This document shows, piece after piece, positions 10,052 to 21,417 of a stretch of DNA of 64,000 bases. The stretch's first letter is position 1. Each line of letters opens with the position of its first letter. Both the position numbers and the translations under genes were made by a program. This DNA is from an uncultured Acidobacteriota bacterium. Lineage in GTDB: Bacteria > Acidobacteriota > Blastocatellia > RBC074. The stretch lies in the NCBI GenBank assembly GCA_963796275.1, contig CAWCKY010000004.1, positions 1,440,001 to 1,504,000 of the forward strand, read 5' to 3'. The notes beneath the pieces were generated by a model, which was not told the DNA's origin, made no database searches, and was given only the letters and a program-made list of their open reading frames with translations.

Positions 10052-11548
10052 TCAACGTTTTCCGCAAATCATCATCATCCCGATCTCTTCTTCGTCGGTC
10101 CGCTGCGGATCGACCTCACCGACAATGCGCCCCTGATAGATCACCAGCACGCGATCCGAGAGCGAGAGGACTTCCTCGAGTTCGGCTGAAACGAGCAGGA
10201 TCGCCACGCCGGCATCGCGTAATTCGATGAGCTTGCGGTGGATGAACTCAATCGCGCCGATGTCGACGCCACGCGTCGGCTGTGAGACCAGCAAGAGCCT
10301 CGGATGCATATCGAATTCCCGCCCGATGATCAGCTTCTGCTGATTACCGCCCGACAGAGCCCGGGCCGGCAAAGTGGGGTCGGGAGGTCGGACATCGAAA
10401 TCTCGAATCAACCGTTCGGCCTTTTCCTCGACCGCCTTTTCGTCGATCAAACCCAATCCGGCTCGGACTGCCGGCTTCCGATAATGCGTGCCGAGGATGG
10501 CATTGTCGGCCAGATCGAAATCGAGCACCAACCCGCGCCGGTGACGATCTTCGGGTATATGCGCGATACCGATCTCCGTCCTTCCGCGCGTAGAGAGCCG
10601 GGTAACATCTTCGCCTCCGAGCAAAATATGACCGCCGCTCGCCCGTTCCAAACCAGCGAGTATTTCGATCAGCTCAGTCTGACCATTTCCCTCTACGCCC
10701 GCTATTCCGACGATCTCTCCGCCTCGAACATCGAACGAGACATCGGTGAGCTTGGCGCCCAAACGCAGGCTCTGCACACTCAGCACGACATCTTTCGGTT
10801 GTGCCGGGGTTTTCTCAACAGTCAAGAGGACATCGCGCCCGACCATTAACCGGGCGAGCTCGGCCGCATCGGTTTCGCTGGTCTTCTTGCTCCCCACGAT
10901 CTTCCCATCGCACATTACGGTGACATTGTCGGAGAGCGCCAGCACTTCATTGAGCTTGTGCGTGATGATGATGATTGTCTTGCCATGTTCACGCATCGAA
11001 CGAAGTATTTTGAAGAACTCCTCGACCTCCTGAGGTGTGAGTACTGCGGTCGGCTCATCCAGGATCAATATGCGGGCGCCCCGGTAAAGAGCCTTCAAAA
11101 CTTCGACGCGCTGCTGCTGTCCGACCGACAATCCCGAGACGAGCGCATGCGGATCGATTGCGAGTCCGAAGTCTCGCGCGAGCTGCTCAATTTGCGCTTC
11201 GGCCTGTTTGAAATCGATCTTAAGGGCGTTCCCGGGCTCCGCCCCGAGAACAATATTCTCGAGCACGGTCATCGGTGGCACGAGCATAAAATGCTGGTGC
11301 ACCATACCGAGGCCGATCGCGATGGCATCGTGCGGCGATCTGATATCGCGTTTCACTTCGTCAATGAAGATCTCTCCCTCATCGGCCGTATAAAAACCGT
11401 AGAGAATCTTCATGATCGTCGATTTTCCCGCACCGTTTTCGCCGACGATGGCGTGTATCGTCTGGGCGGGAATGGATAGATCGATGCACTTGTTTGCCAC
11501 CACCGCGCCGAAACGCTTGGTGATGGAACGCATTTCGATGATGTCCAT
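10052..11548 (-). CDS. Nucleoside/sugar ABC transporter ATP-binding protein (two NBDs, CUT2 family)
   Basis: [26 protein letters not shown], second domain LSGGNQQK and [10 protein letters not shown]. Confidence 0.95.
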   Translation of the reverse strand: MDIIEMRSITKRFGAVVANKCIDLSIPAQTIHAIVGENGAGKSTIMKILYGFYTADEGEIFIDEVKRDIRSPHDAIAIGLGMVHQHFMLVPPMTVLENIVLGAEPGNALKIDFKQAEAQIEQLARDFGLAIDPHALVSGLSVGQQQRVEVLKALYRGARILILDEPTAVLTPQEVEEFFKILRSMREHGKTIIIITHKLNEVLALSDNVTVMCDGKIVGSKKTSETDAAELARLMVGRDVLLTVEKTPAQPKDVVLSVQSLRLGAKLTDVSFDVRGGEIVGIAGVEGNGQTELIEILAGLERASGGHILLGGEDVTRLSTRGRTEIGIAHIPEDRHRRGLVLDFDLADNAILGTHYRKPAVRAGLGLIDEKAVEEKAERLIRDFDVRPPDPTLPARALSGGNQQKLIIGREFDMHPRLLLVSQPTRGVDIGAIEFIHRKLIELRDAGVAILLVSAELEEVLSLSDRVLVIYQGRIVGEVDPQRTDEEEIGMMMICGKR

Positions 11549-11608
11549 AGTTTTAATGCGATCGGGTGACGTGGCAAATGTCCGATAGTGCGGTTGTCGC
11601 CTCGTCGG

Positions 11609-12616
11609 TTACCTGGCCATCGCGTCCGTCACTTTAATCTTACCTGCGATAATATCCTTGCGAGCCTGCTCGACTTTCTCGATCACCCAATCCGGAATGA
11701 GCGCTTTATTATGCTCATCGATTGCATACCCCACACCATCGTTGTCTAACCCATAGATGTGGACGCCGCCTTTGAATTTGCCCTCGACCTCATCCTTCAC
11801 GATGCTGTAGACAGCATTATCGATTCTTTTAAGCATACTGGTCAGCACATATCCAGGCTTGATCCAATTTTGATTGGCATCGACCCCGATAGCAAATTTT
11901 TGATATGCTTCGGCGGCGTCAAAGACGCCCAATCCCGAGTTGCCGGCGGCCTGAAAGATTACATCAGCTCCCTGCTCATACTGCGAATTAGCCAGCTCTC
12001 TTCCTTTTCCCGGATTGTTCCACGCAGCATCGGTGATGCCGACATAATTCCTCAATACGCGAATGCCTGGATTGACGTGGCGGGCTCCCTCCTCGTAACC
12101 GGCCGCGAACTTATGAATCAGCGGGATATCCATCCCGCCGACGAAACCTATAGTGCCGGTGCGGTTTTTGTAAGCCGCGATCATACCGACAAGGAATGAG
12201 CCTTCGTGTTCCTTGAAGAGCAGGCTCGCGACATTCGGAAGATCGACTACCGAATCGATCAACACGAAGTGGAGCTGCGGATAGTCGGCGGCGACCTGAC
12301 CGATGATCGGTCCCTGAGCAAACCCGACGCCGGTGATCAGGTTGTACCCGTATTGCGAAAAGGCTCGCAACGCCGGCTCGATTGAAGTCGGATCGCCCGG
12401 CTCGACATCGCGCAGGACGATAGGCAGGTCTTTTTTGGCGCGCTCCACACCTACATTCGCGGCGGCGTTGAATGAACGATCATCTTTACCGCCGATGTCG
12501 AAGACGATGGCGACCTTCGTTTTATCGCCGCCGGCTTCTGCGGTGTAATCCCGCATAGTGCAGCCAGTCAGCAAGAATGAGAATGATAGTAGGAGGAGCA
12601 GCGTTTTTGTCTTCAT
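11609..12616 (-). CDS. BMP-family (PnrA/TmpC-like) nucleoside-binding lipoprotein
   Basis: Lipobox LTGC; GGKDDRSFNAAA, FKEHEGSFLVG, ADVIFQAAGNSGLG, AIGVDANQ. Confidence 0.93.
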   Translation of the reverse strand: MKTKTLLLLLSFSFLLTGCTMRDYTAEAGGDKTKVAIVFDIGGKDDRSFNAAANVGVERAKKDLPIVLRDVEPGDPTSIEPALRAFSQYGYNLITGVGFAQGPIIGQVAADYPQLHFVLIDSVVDLPNVASLLFKEHEGSFLVGMIAAYKNRTGTIGFVGGMDIPLIHKFAAGYEEGARHVNPGIRVLRNYVGITDAAWNNPGKGRELANSQYEQGADVIFQAAGNSGLGVFDAAEAYQKFAIGVDANQNWIKPGYVLTSMLKRIDNAVYSIVKDEVEGKFKGGVHIYGLDNDGVGYAIDEHNKALIPDWVIEKVEQARKDIIAGKIKVTDAMAR

Positions 12617-12692
12617 TTTTTCATTATCTGACGTCTTTCCAGGGCTTCAACAAACTCTGAAATCGGGTTCTCAGCCATCTACAACTGCTTTA

Positions 12693-13994
12693 TCAGATGA
12701 CGGCTTTGATCAGCGGCTCAAAGACTGGTTTCGCGTCTTCGATGCGGTATGCCGCGGACAATCGCGCCTCCATAAGCGCGAACCTCGATTCGTCATTGTA
12801 ATGCGCCGTTACTATCGGATCATTGGCGCTGACGCGGTCGCCCAGTTTTGCGTGAATATACAAACCGACGCTTTGATCGATCGCGTCTTCCAATTTCCTG
12901 CGGCCTCCGCCCCAATCCATCACGATGCGTCCGATTTCGCTGGTATCAATTCCCGCGACGTAACCGTTCCGGCCGGCAAGGATTACCCGTTTTTTTCCTG
13001 CCTGCGGCAGACGGTCCGGCTCGTCGAGCGTTCGCGGATCGCCCCCTTGCGCCTCGATCACAGCGCGGAACCGCTCGAGGGCGTCACCCGATGTAATCGC
13101 AGCTTGAGCTTTATTGCGGGCCCGCTCCAGGTCCTTCTCCAGCCCGCCGGCAATGATCATCCGTGCCGCGAGTTCCAAACACAACCCGGCGAAATCGTCA
13201 TCGAGATTTCCGCGCAAACATTCGATCGCCTCGAAAGTCTCGACCGCATTACCGACCCAGCGGCCCAGCGGCTGATTCATATCGGTGATGAGGGCGACGG
13301 TGCGCAGCCCCATGCGTTTGCCGACGCTCGACATCATTTCAGCCAGGGCGAGCGCACCCTCGAAATCGCGCATGAACGCGCCATTGCCCCACTTGACGTC
13401 GAGAACGAGTCCGTCCAAACCTTCGGCCAGCTTCTTCGACATGATCGAAGCGCAAATGAAAGGCCGATACGGGACGGTCGCGGTTAAATCGCGCAGCGCA
13501 TAAAGCCTGCGATCGGCGGGAGCGATCTCTTTCGTCTGTCCTATCAACGCGAGGCCGCAACGTTGGAGGACGTCATTGAATTGGTCGAGCGGGAGGTCGG
13601 TGCGAAATCCGGGTATCGCTTCTAGTTTATCAAGCGTTCCGCCACTGTGCGCCAGCGCGCGTCCGGAGATCATCGGAACGGCGACACCGCAAGCGGCCGC
13701 AACGGGCGCGATGACCAATGAGGTCTTATCGCCCACTCCACCCGTCGAATGTTTGTCTACTTTCGGCGCCGGAATGTTGTCGTGCGTGAGCACTATGCCC
13801 GAGTGGAGCATCTCCTCGACCAGATATTGCGTTTCAGCCTCTGTAAGTCCGTTCAGAAAACCCGCCATTAGCCAGGCCGCCATCTGATAATCGGGTATTT
13901 CATAGCGCGTGTATCCGCGAATCAGAAAAGCTATCTCATCGCGCGTCAGCTCCTGGTGATCGCGTTTCTTCTCGATCAGATCTTGTGGCCTCAT
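12693..13994 (-). CDS. pdp: Pyrimidine-nucleoside (thymidine) phosphorylase
   Basis: VDKHSTGGVGDKTS, MISGRAL.HSGGTLDKLE, ASIMSKKLAEG, LDVKWGNGAFM. Confidence 0.95.
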   Translation of the reverse strand: MRPQDLIEKKRDHQELTRDEIAFLIRGYTRYEIPDYQMAAWLMAGFLNGLTEAETQYLVEEMLHSGIVLTHDNIPAPKVDKHSTGGVGDKTSLVIAPVAAACGVAVPMISGRALAHSGGTLDKLEAIPGFRTDLPLDQFNDVLQRCGLALIGQTKEIAPADRRLYALRDLTATVPYRPFICASIMSKKLAEGLDGLVLDVKWGNGAFMRDFEGALALAEMMSSVGKRMGLRTVALITDMNQPLGRWVGNAVETFEAIECLRGNLDDDFAGLCLELAARMIIAGGLEKDLERARNKAQAAITSGDALERFRAVIEAQGGDPRTLDEPDRLPQAGKKRVILAGRNGYVAGIDTSEIGRIVMDWGGGRRKLEDAIDQSVGLYIHAKLGDRVSANDPIVTAHYNDESRFALMEARLSAAYRIEDAKPVFEPLIKAVI

Positions 13995-14073
13995 AGTTTT
14001 CAGATTTCGGTTTTCAGTTTTCAGTTCCGGATTTCAGCTTTTGAGTTTCTACCTCAACTGAAAACTGAAAACT
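13995..14073. repeat. Heptamer tandem repeat (TTTTCAG)n with inverted partner (CTGAAAA)n
   Basis: gttttcagatttcggttttcagttttcagtt...aactgaaaactgaaaac, between pdp and ispDF. Confidence 0.85.
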
Positions 14074-15262
14074 ATCTCCGTTCAATCAAGGCGATGACCT
14101 GTGCCGCGATTGCTTCCCCACGCCCTACTGCATCCAATCCCTCATTGGTCTTGGCCTTGATGTTGATTTGCGCCGGATCGATCTCCATCGCCTCCGCCAG
14201 TTTGACGCGCATCGCGGGGATATGCGGCATCATTTTCGGACACTCCGCCAAGATCGTCGCGTCAATATTGACGATTTTATATCCCTGCTGCCTCAGCAGA
14301 CTGCAAGTGAGGCGAAGAAACTCCGTGCTATCCGCGTTTTCCCAACGCGGATCCTGGTCGGGAAATTGCGTGCCGATGTCCCCGAGGCCCGCCGCTCCGA
14401 GCAGCGCATCGGTCATCGCATGGATCAAGCTGTCACCGTCAGAATGCCCAAATAAACCGCGATCATGCGGGATATCAATCCCCCCCAGAATTAATTTGCG
14501 ACCTTCGACCAGCCGATGTATATCGTATCCAAGGCCAGATCTGATCGCGGATTGCGCCTTCGATTCAATTGAGTCCATCAGCCTCCAAATCCCTTCGGCC
14601 TGCGATAAATCATCGGGCGTAGTGATTTTGATATTTTGCGGCGATCCTTCGACGACTGCCACCGGCAAGCCGATCTGTTCGAGCAGCAATGAATCATCGG
14701 TCGCCATCGCCGTGAGCAGGCCCTGAGCACGCGCCTCTGCATTGGCGCGCAGCAACAACTCGTAGCGAAATGCCTGAGGAGTCTGCGCGCGGTAGATCCG
14801 GTGGCGGTCGATCGTCCTCTGAATCAGCCCGTTCTCTACTTCCTTGATCGTATCGGTTGAAGGCAAAGCGAGGATAGCGGCGCCGGTTACGCGCGCGCGC
14901 GCGAGCACAGTGGAGATTTGCGCCGGCGTAACAAAAGGCCGGACCGCATCGTGGACGGCTATCAGTTCCGGTTGCCATTCCCCGGCAGCCTCGAGAGCAT
15001 TACCAATCGATTCGCTCCGCTCGGCGCCGCCGTTCACCACTCGTATGGGCTTGCGCAATTTATAAGATTGCAACAGCTCACCGAACGAACCGATCTCTGT
15101 CGGCTTGAGCGCCACAATTATCGCATCGATATCCTGACAGGCATCGAATCTTTGCAGCGTGTGAATGATTATCGGGACGCCGCCGATTTCAACGAATTGT
15201 TTTGGTTTATCTCCGCCAAATCGGGCGCCGCTGCCGGCTGCTGGAATGATGGCGATATTCAT
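14072..15262 (-). CDS. ispDF: Bifunctional IspD/IspF (MEP cytidylyltransferase / MEcPP synthase)
   Basis: IIPAAGSGARFGGDKPKQF, HDAVRPF, AQTPQAF, NIKITTPDD, then GLGYDIHRL, GHSDGD, GDIGTQFP, NIKAKTNEGL. Confidence 0.96.
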   Translation of the reverse strand: MNIAIIPAAGSGARFGGDKPKQFVEIGGVPIIIHTLQRFDACQDIDAIIVALKPTEIGSFGELLQSYKLRKPIRVVNGGAERSESIGNALEAAGEWQPELIAVHDAVRPFVTPAQISTVLARARVTGAAILALPSTDTIKEVENGLIQRTIDRHRIYRAQTPQAFRYELLLRANAEARAQGLLTAMATDDSLLLEQIGLPVAVVEGSPQNIKITTPDDLSQAEGIWRLMDSIESKAQSAIRSGLGYDIHRLVEGRKLILGGIDIPHDRGLFGHSDGDSLIHAMTDALLGAAGLGDIGTQFPDQDPRWENADSTEFLRLTCSLLRQQGYKIVNIDATILAECPKMMPHIPAMRVKLAEAMEIDPAQINIKAKTNEGLDAVGRGEAIAAQVIALIERR

Positions 15263-15349
15263 AATTGATAATGGATAATTGATAGTTCGTTTAGACTGTG
15301 GGGCAATTTATACGAATTATCAATTATCCATTATCAATTATCCATTATT
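15263..15349. repeat. Heptamer repeat hairpin (AATTGAT/AATGGAT versus ATCAATT/ATCCATT)
   Basis: aattgataatggataattgata ... aattatcaattatccattatcaattatccatt. Confidence 0.85.
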
Positions 15350-15366
15350 GATTCTCTTTGCTTTTC

Positions 15367-16473
15367 TCATTCAACAATTGATGACGGCGCAGGGATCGGT
15401 GTCTGGCGGGACGAACGATCGCGCACATCGCGCTGATCGCGAATATCGTTTCGCGTCTCCTCGACGCGCCCGAAGATCATCTTTCCCGCTGTGGTCTGCA
15501 AGACGCTGGTTACGACCATATCTACGTTCTTCCCGATCAAGCGGCGTGCGTTGTCGACCACTACCATCGTACCATCGTCCAGGTAAGCGACTCCCTGGTT
15601 GTATTCCTTACCCTCTTTAAGGATAAAGACCTTCATTATTTCACCGGGCAGGACGACCGGCTTAAGCGCGTTGGCCAGTTCATTGATGTTGAGTACTTCG
15701 ACGCCTCGTAGATGGGCGACTTTATTCAAATTGAAATCATTGGTTACGATCGGCGCATTTAGTTGTTTACCGAGCTCGATCAGTTTGAGGTCTACCTCCC
15801 TGACTTGTGGGAAGTCTGCTTCGTAAATCTGAACCTCCAGGCCGTTGTTCTTTTGAATACGCTGCAGGATATCCAGACCCCGGCGCCCGCGATTTCGCTT
15901 GGCCGAGTCCGACGAATCGGCTATCTGTTGTAATTCGCGCAGGACAAATTGCGGAACCAAAATGGTGCCGCCCAGGAACCCCGCTTCGGCGATATCAGCA
16001 ACGCGACCATCGATGATCACGCTCGTATCCAGTATCTTGTAGCTCTGTTTCGCGGTCCGATCACTGAGGATGCCGCCCAGCGCTGTGAGATCAAGATAGT
16101 CCCCTTTTGCCGCGCCGACGAGCAAGCCCACGTATGCCATAAACATCGTCAGAGTAAGGATCAGGAAAGATTCGACCGGCTGGCTCCAGGGCTGGACGGT
16201 TATCAGGAACCCCATCAAAGTTGAGCCGAAGATCCCGAGGATCGACCCGATAGCAGCCCCGATCAAGGTCTTGAGAGAAGCGCGCCTTATTCGCAGTTCA
16301 AAAAAAATGATCCCGCTCGCCAGGAGCAACCCGGCCAGAGCTGAGAGCAATCGCGAACCGTCTGGGATTCCCAGTTTTTCGCCGATCCATTCAGGTACCG
16401 GTTGAATTAAATAGCCTGCCGTGACGAGAATGATGGTAAATACTGTACGTATCAAAATGATATCTACATGCAT
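15367..16473 (-). CDS. yacL: PIN/TRAM-domain membrane protein (YacL family)
   Basis: Four N-terminal TM helices; [22 protein letters not shown]...[20 protein letters not shown]; [17 protein letters not shown]; lies directly upstream of ispDF. Confidence 0.92.
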   Translation of the reverse strand: MHVDIILIRTVFTIILVTAGYLIQPVPEWIGEKLGIPDGSRLLSALAGLLLASGIIFFELRIRRASLKTLIGAAIGSILGIFGSTLMGFLITVQPWSQPVESFLILTLTMFMAYVGLLVGAAKGDYLDLTALGGILSDRTAKQSYKILDTSVIIDGRVADIAEAGFLGGTILVPQFVLRELQQIADSSDSAKRNRGRRGLDILQRIQKNNGLEVQIYEADFPQVREVDLKLIELGKQLNAPIVTNDFNLNKVAHLRGVEVLNINELANALKPVVLPGEIMKVFILKEGKEYNQGVAYLDDGTMVVVDNARRLIGKNVDMVVTSVLQTTAGKMIFGRVEETRNDIRDQRDVRDRSSRQTPIPAPSSIVE

Positions 16474-16587
16474 AAATCATATTTTCCTTTGCTCGCCAAC
16501 AACGATAACTCCGCGTGAGTATGAATGTAGGACTAAAATGCGAACACCTATCTACTCGACATAAATAGAAATAGCCGATGCAGCGGG

Positions 16588-16596
16588 ATTGTAGCA
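16588..16596 (-). promoter_or_regulatory. Extended -10 element upstream of yacL-ispDF
   Basis: Minus strand TGCTACAAT. Confidence 0.45.
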
Positions 16597-16621
16597 CGGT
16601 GGTTTGAAGAGTGGGAGTCCA

Positions 16622-16698
16622 GATTGCGGATTGCGCTATGCGGAGTTGGTCTTACCGATTCGTAGAATCGGGAAAGCTCCAATCCGCAATCAGCAATT
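16622..16698. repeat. Heptamer repeat hairpin (GATTGCG versus CGCAATC)
   Basis: gattgcggattgcgctatgcgg ... aatccgcaatcagcaatt. Confidence 0.75.
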
Positions 16699-16699
16699 C

Positions 16700-17806
16700 C
16701 TACCCTTTCGGCGCGTAATATCCGGCGCGGGCACGGGCGGCATACCCAGGCTTCTTAATTCTGACGCTGAGTTTGCGGAATGACCCGTCACGCTTCTCGT
16801 TGGTCGAGTAAAACCCTAACGTATACTGGGTGCGAAGTTGTCGGGCCAGATCCGCAAATGTCTGGTCGAGCTCTTTCAGAGATTCTTGATCTACCTCTTC
16901 TCCGAGCGCACCGGGGGTGGCCTTGGGTTTATAGATATATCCCCCGGTTTCAGCGCATAAAGTTTCGAGAGCACGCTCGCCGGCCAGGTCGCGAAGGTTC
17001 TGGGAGTAGTAATAACGATTTCCGGTGAATAACGCGAAGATCACGGCATCGGCTTGTTGAGCGTTCGCTAGAGCTTGAAGTAATCCTTTCCCGCTCGTCG
17101 TATCACCTCCGTCAGAAACGATGACGATTATGCGGCGGCCCTTCGCCGGCTTGAGATAATCGGAAGCGAGAAATATTCCGTCGTAGAGCGACGTGGCGCC
17201 CTGAGCTTTGAGCTGCATAGTGGCGCTGACGAGCAGCGGAATTTTGTTGGTGAAATCCTGCAGGCAAGTGATATCAGTGGAGAGCGAAAAAAGGGCGGCG
17301 CGGTCCTGCGGGCGAACGATTCGCTCGAAAAATTTGGCGGCGGCGCGCCGCTCGAATTCGATCTTCTGCGAAACGCTCAAACTCGCGTCGAACAACATGA
17401 CCAACCGCAATGGCAGGTCGGCATCACGGGCGAAATTTGCTATTTCCTGCCGGACGCCGTCTTCCATAATCTCAAAATCTTCGCGCTGTAGATCGATCGG
17501 CGGTTTCATATCTTTCGAGCCTTTCGCGTCTACCGGCAACGCGTTGGGCGATTCTTCCGACACAGAGGTCACGACCGTCACCAGATCGCTGGCGATCCGT
17601 ATCGTCTCGTCGCTCGTTTGAGGCCTTTGTTCGGGCAACCTGATGCGCGGTCGTTCCGGGGCCTTCCCCGGCTTCGACTTTTTCGGATCCGGCGCCTGCC
17701 GCCCGCTCTGGCTTCGGGCTGAATGCAAGGTAGATAAAAGAATTATCGCGGTAGTTGATAGAAAGGCAATTTTTGTGATCAATCTCGTCTGGCGAGATAA
17801 TTTCAT
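16700..17806 (-). CDS. VWA-domain secreted protein (acidobacterial VWFA-related family)
   Basis: Signal peptide; DLQREDFEIMEDGVRQEI; MIDAS-like LFDASLS; TSLYDGI, VSDGGDT; QLRTQYTLGFYS...ARAGYYAP. ATG 17806 overlaps the trmFO stop (ATGA). Confidence 0.9.
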   Translation of the reverse strand: MKLSRQTRLITKIAFLSTTAIILLSTLHSARSQSGRQAPDPKKSKPGKAPERPRIRLPEQRPQTSDETIRIASDLVTVVTSVSEESPNALPVDAKGSKDMKPPIDLQREDFEIMEDGVRQEIANFARDADLPLRLVMLFDASLSVSQKIEFERRAAAKFFERIVRPQDRAALFSLSTDITCLQDFTNKIPLLVSATMQLKAQGATSLYDGIFLASDYLKPAKGRRIIVIVSDGGDTTSGKGLLQALANAQQADAVIFALFTGNRYYYSQNLRDLAGERALETLCAETGGYIYKPKATPGALGEEVDQESLKELDQTFADLARQLRTQYTLGFYSTNEKRDGSFRKLSVRIKKPGYAARARAGYYAPKG

Positions 17807-19183
17807 GACGCCTCCACCAAATCTGTTTTCGGACTGTCCGCCGCCTCCCCAATCTCGGCAAGCCACGAGTGAAAAGCCTTCAGACCTCGCTCGACTTGCA
17901 TACGGTGACGATCGGCCTTCTTCCTGGTCTGCCGCCTTTCTTCCGGTTCGAGCGGCGGCAAGAGGGCGAACGTCGTGTTGGCAGGTTGAAAATTCTCCGC
18001 ATCGGCGTGAGCCAGATAGTAAGTCAATGATCCAGTCGCCGATTCTCGAGGCGGCGCAACCGCCTCAAGTCCCCGCGCAAGCCTTGCCGCATTGATACCC
18101 GCTATCATTCCTGTAGCCATCGCCTCGGTGTAGCCCTCGATTCCCGATATCTGTCCCGCATAAAGAACGCGCGCATACCGGCGCATTTGCAAGGTCTCTT
18201 TGAGCAGCTTCGGTGAACAGATAAATGTATTACGATGCATCTGGCCGAAACGGATGAAATCAGCCTTTTCTAATGCCGGAATTAATTGAAGGATTCGTTT
18301 CTGATCGCCATATTTGATATGGCACTGAAATCCCACGATGTTGAAGGCTCCGGCCATCAGATTCTCGAGGCGTAACTGAACACAGGCATAGGGTTCTCTT
18401 CCCGTGCGCGGGTCGATGAGGCCGACGGGCTTCATTGGCCCGAAGCGTAAGGTATCGCGACCGCGGTGCGCGAGGACTTCGATCGGCAAGCATCCCTCGA
18501 AATATTTCTCCTCGTCATCGAGACCTTCGTGGGGTTTGACGGTTTCGGCAGTGAGCAGGGCGTCGATGAAACGGTCGTAATCTTCCCGCGTCATCGGGCA
18601 ATTGACATAATCGTCTCCGCCCTTACCGTACCTTGCGGCGCGAAATGCTACATCAAAATCGATCGTCTCGCCATCCACGATGGGAGAAATCGCGTCGAAA
18701 AAGTAAAGGCCGTCATCCCCGGTCAACCGGCCAATTGCGGCGGTAAGCGCCGGAGAAGCCAGGGGGCCCGCGGCTATCACCGTGGTTTCGCCGGGTTTAT
18801 CAGCATTGATCTCGGTCACCTCTTCACGGCAGATTCTCGATATTCGGATGATGCGACAGGTATTCGGTCACGAGTGCGGAAAATTTTTCGCGATCGACCG
18901 CGAGCGCGCCGCCGGCGGGAACAGCGGCCTGCTGGGCCAAATCGATCAGCAATGAACTGCCCGCCCGCAGCTCGTCTTTCAAGAGCCGGGGAGCGGTGTC
19001 CGCCAGGTCAGATTTGAGCGAATTGCTGCACACCAGTTCTGCCAGATTGCCCGTCCGATGCGCCCCGGTGGATATTTTCGGGCGCATTTCGAAAAGCCGG
19101 ACCTTGATGCCGCGCCGCGCCGCCTGATGGGCGGCTTCCGAACCCGCCAGGCCGCCGCCTATGATGTTGATAATCTCGCTCAT
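17803..19183 (-). CDS. trmFO: Folate-dependent tRNA (uracil-54) methyltransferase TrmFO, split by one frameshift near 18835
   Basis: [20 protein letters not shown] (18824-19183); [44 protein letters not shown] (17803-18819). Removing one A restores [14 protein letters not shown]. Confidence 0.92.
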
Positions 19184-19307
19184 GGAGCGGAATAATAGCA
19201 GATGCCCAGTCCAATTGCCTTAGTTCAACCTCTCCGACTAAAATCATCTGTTCGGTCTTCAGGGCCGGGATCGCGATTCTGATATCCAATTGAATTTCCA
19301 AGATTGA

Positions 19308-20315
19308 ATGAAAGAACATTTGCTTCAATATCTGGCCTGCCCGGCGTGCGGCGCCGATTTTTCGCTTACAGTAAAGGAGCGCAAGGGCACTGAGATCATC
19401 GCAGGCGAGTTGCGCTGCGAGCGATGCGCTAACGATTATCCCGTTCGCGGCGGGATTCCGCGCTTCGCCGACCCGGGAACCGACGAAAAACAACGGAAGA
19501 CGGCTGAGAATTTCGGCGCCCAGTGGCTGGTGTTTGACGAAGTTTCCGATCATCACGAGAGGCAATTTCTCGATTGGATCGCGCCAGTCACACCGGACTT
19601 CATCCGCGGCAAAGTCATCCTCGAAGGCGGATGCGGGAAAGGCCGCCATACTCAGTTGGTCGGCCGATGGGGAGCGCGCGACGTGATCGGCATCGATCTG
19701 AGCTATGCGGTTGAAGCGGCGTATCGCAATACGAAAGACCTGCCAAACGTCCATATTATTCAGGGCGACATCTACCGGATGCCGCTTAAAACATCTTTCG
19801 ATTATGCTTTCTCGGTCGGCGTGCTTCATCATCTGCCGGACCCCGGATCCGGTTTTATCTCCCTCGTCAACAGTCTAAAACCCGGGGGAGCCGTCTGGGC
19901 ATGGGTTTATGGTAAGGAGAACAACGGCTGGATATTGAACTTCGTCAATCCTCTGCGGAAACGAGTAACTTCGAAACTGCCGCCCGGCCTGCTCTACCGA
20001 ATTTCTTATCTTCCGGCGACCGTACTCTATCTGCTGCTCAAATGTGTATACCGGCCGGCCGGAAAGACCGGATTTTCCCAGTATCTGTTTTACGCGAGCT
20101 ATCTGAGCTACATTTCGCGCTTTCCTTTCCGCGAGATTCACGGCATCGTTCACGATCATTTGAATGCCCCGGTCGCCTTCTATATCCGCCGTGAAGAATT
20201 CAACGAGTGGTTCCATACCGTCGACGCCGAACGCATAGAGATCCACTGGCACAATCGCAATAGTTGGCGGGGCTTTGCGTTCACCCGGTCAGCGGGAGCA
20301 AATTATGCAAAATGA
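19308..20315 (+). CDS. Trm112-like domain fused to class I SAM methyltransferase
   Basis: LACPACG...LRCERC.NDYPVRGGIPRF (Trm112-like zinc ribbon); LEGGCGKGRH motif I; FDYAFSVGVLHHL. Confidence 0.9.
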   Translation: MKEHLLQYLACPACGADFSLTVKERKGTEIIAGELRCERCANDYPVRGGIPRFADPGTDEKQRKTAENFGAQWLVFDEVSDHHERQFLDWIAPVTPDFIRGKVILEGGCGKGRHTQLVGRWGARDVIGIDLSYAVEAAYRNTKDLPNVHIIQGDIYRMPLKTSFDYAFSVGVLHHLPDPGSGFISLVNSLKPGGAVWAWVYGKENNGWILNFVNPLRKRVTSKLPPGLLYRISYLPATVLYLLLKCVYRPAGKTGFSQYLFYASYLSYISRFPFREIHGIVHDHLNAPVAFYIRREEFNEWFHTVDAERIEIHWHNRNSWRGFAFTRSAGANYAK

Positions 20316-21356
20316 CGCGCGCTCCTGGGACGTGGAACCGAGACTGTCCCTCTTCCTGCCTGTTTTGAACGAGGAAGAGAACCTCGGTCAGCTGCACGAG
20401 AAGATCATTTCCGCCATGAACCCCTCGGTCAGAGCTTCGAAGTCATTTATGTAGATGACGGGAGCACGGACGGCAGTTTCGATCTGCTCAAACGATTCGC
20501 CGAGGGCGACGCGCGCGTGCGCGTTATCTCATTTCGCCGCAATTACGGGCAGACGGCTGCCATGGCCGCGGGTATCGACGCCGCGCGCGGCGAAATATTG
20601 ATCGCCATGGATGCCGATCTGCAAAACGATCCGAGAGACATCGAGCTGCTGCTGGAGAAACTGGATGAGGGTTATGATGTCGTCTCCGGATGGCGCAAGG
20701 ACCGGCACGATCTCTTTCTGACGCGGATCCTGCCATCGCGCATCGCCAACCGGCTCATCTCGACTATCGGAGGCGTTCCGCTTCACGATTACGGCTGCTC
20801 CTTGAAGGCCTATCGCCGCGAGGTGCTCAAGGGGGTCCACCTCTATGGTGAGATGCATCGGTTCATACCAATCTATGCCAGCTGGGCGGGCGGGAGTGTG
20901 ACGGAAATTCCGGTAGGCCACCATCCGCGGGTAGCGGGTAAATCCAAGTATGGTCTGGCTCGCACTGCTAAAGTTATCTTCGATCTCCTCACGGTCAAAT
21001 TCATGACGAGTTATCTGACCAAACCGCTTTATGTTTTCGGCTGGGCGGGCGTCCTGGCCTTTGGGCTGTCGTTCGTCTCAGCTCTGCTGGCGTTCCTTAT
21101 GAAGTTCGCCGGCTGGCCGCATCAGGCATCATTCGTTCAGACACCATTGCCCGTAATTGCGCTGGTCATGATGGTCCTCGGCATACAGTTATTCCTGATG
21201 GGCCTGATTGCGGAGATGCTCGTGCGCACCTATCACGAATCGCAGGGCAAGCCGATCTATACAATTAAAACGAAAATCAATTTTGAAGATGCCCAACCCC
21301 ACGAGTTAAGATTGGCCACAGAGCCACAGAGACACAGAGAGGAGAAGTGGAGATGA
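20305..21356 (+). CDS. GT2 polyprenol-phosphate glycosyltransferase (ArnC/GtrB-like), frameshift in the C-run near 20420
   Basis: From ATG 20305, LSLFLPVLNEEEN; adding one C gives LGQSFEVIYVDDGSTDGS, which joins RRNYGQTAA, MDADLQND, HDYGCSLKAY and two C-terminal TMs. Confidence 0.88.
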
Positions 21357-21417
21357 CAGGGCAGCATGGGGCTCATTGAGAATGATCTCCTCGTCTCCCA
21401 TGGGTAATAGCTAAGAG

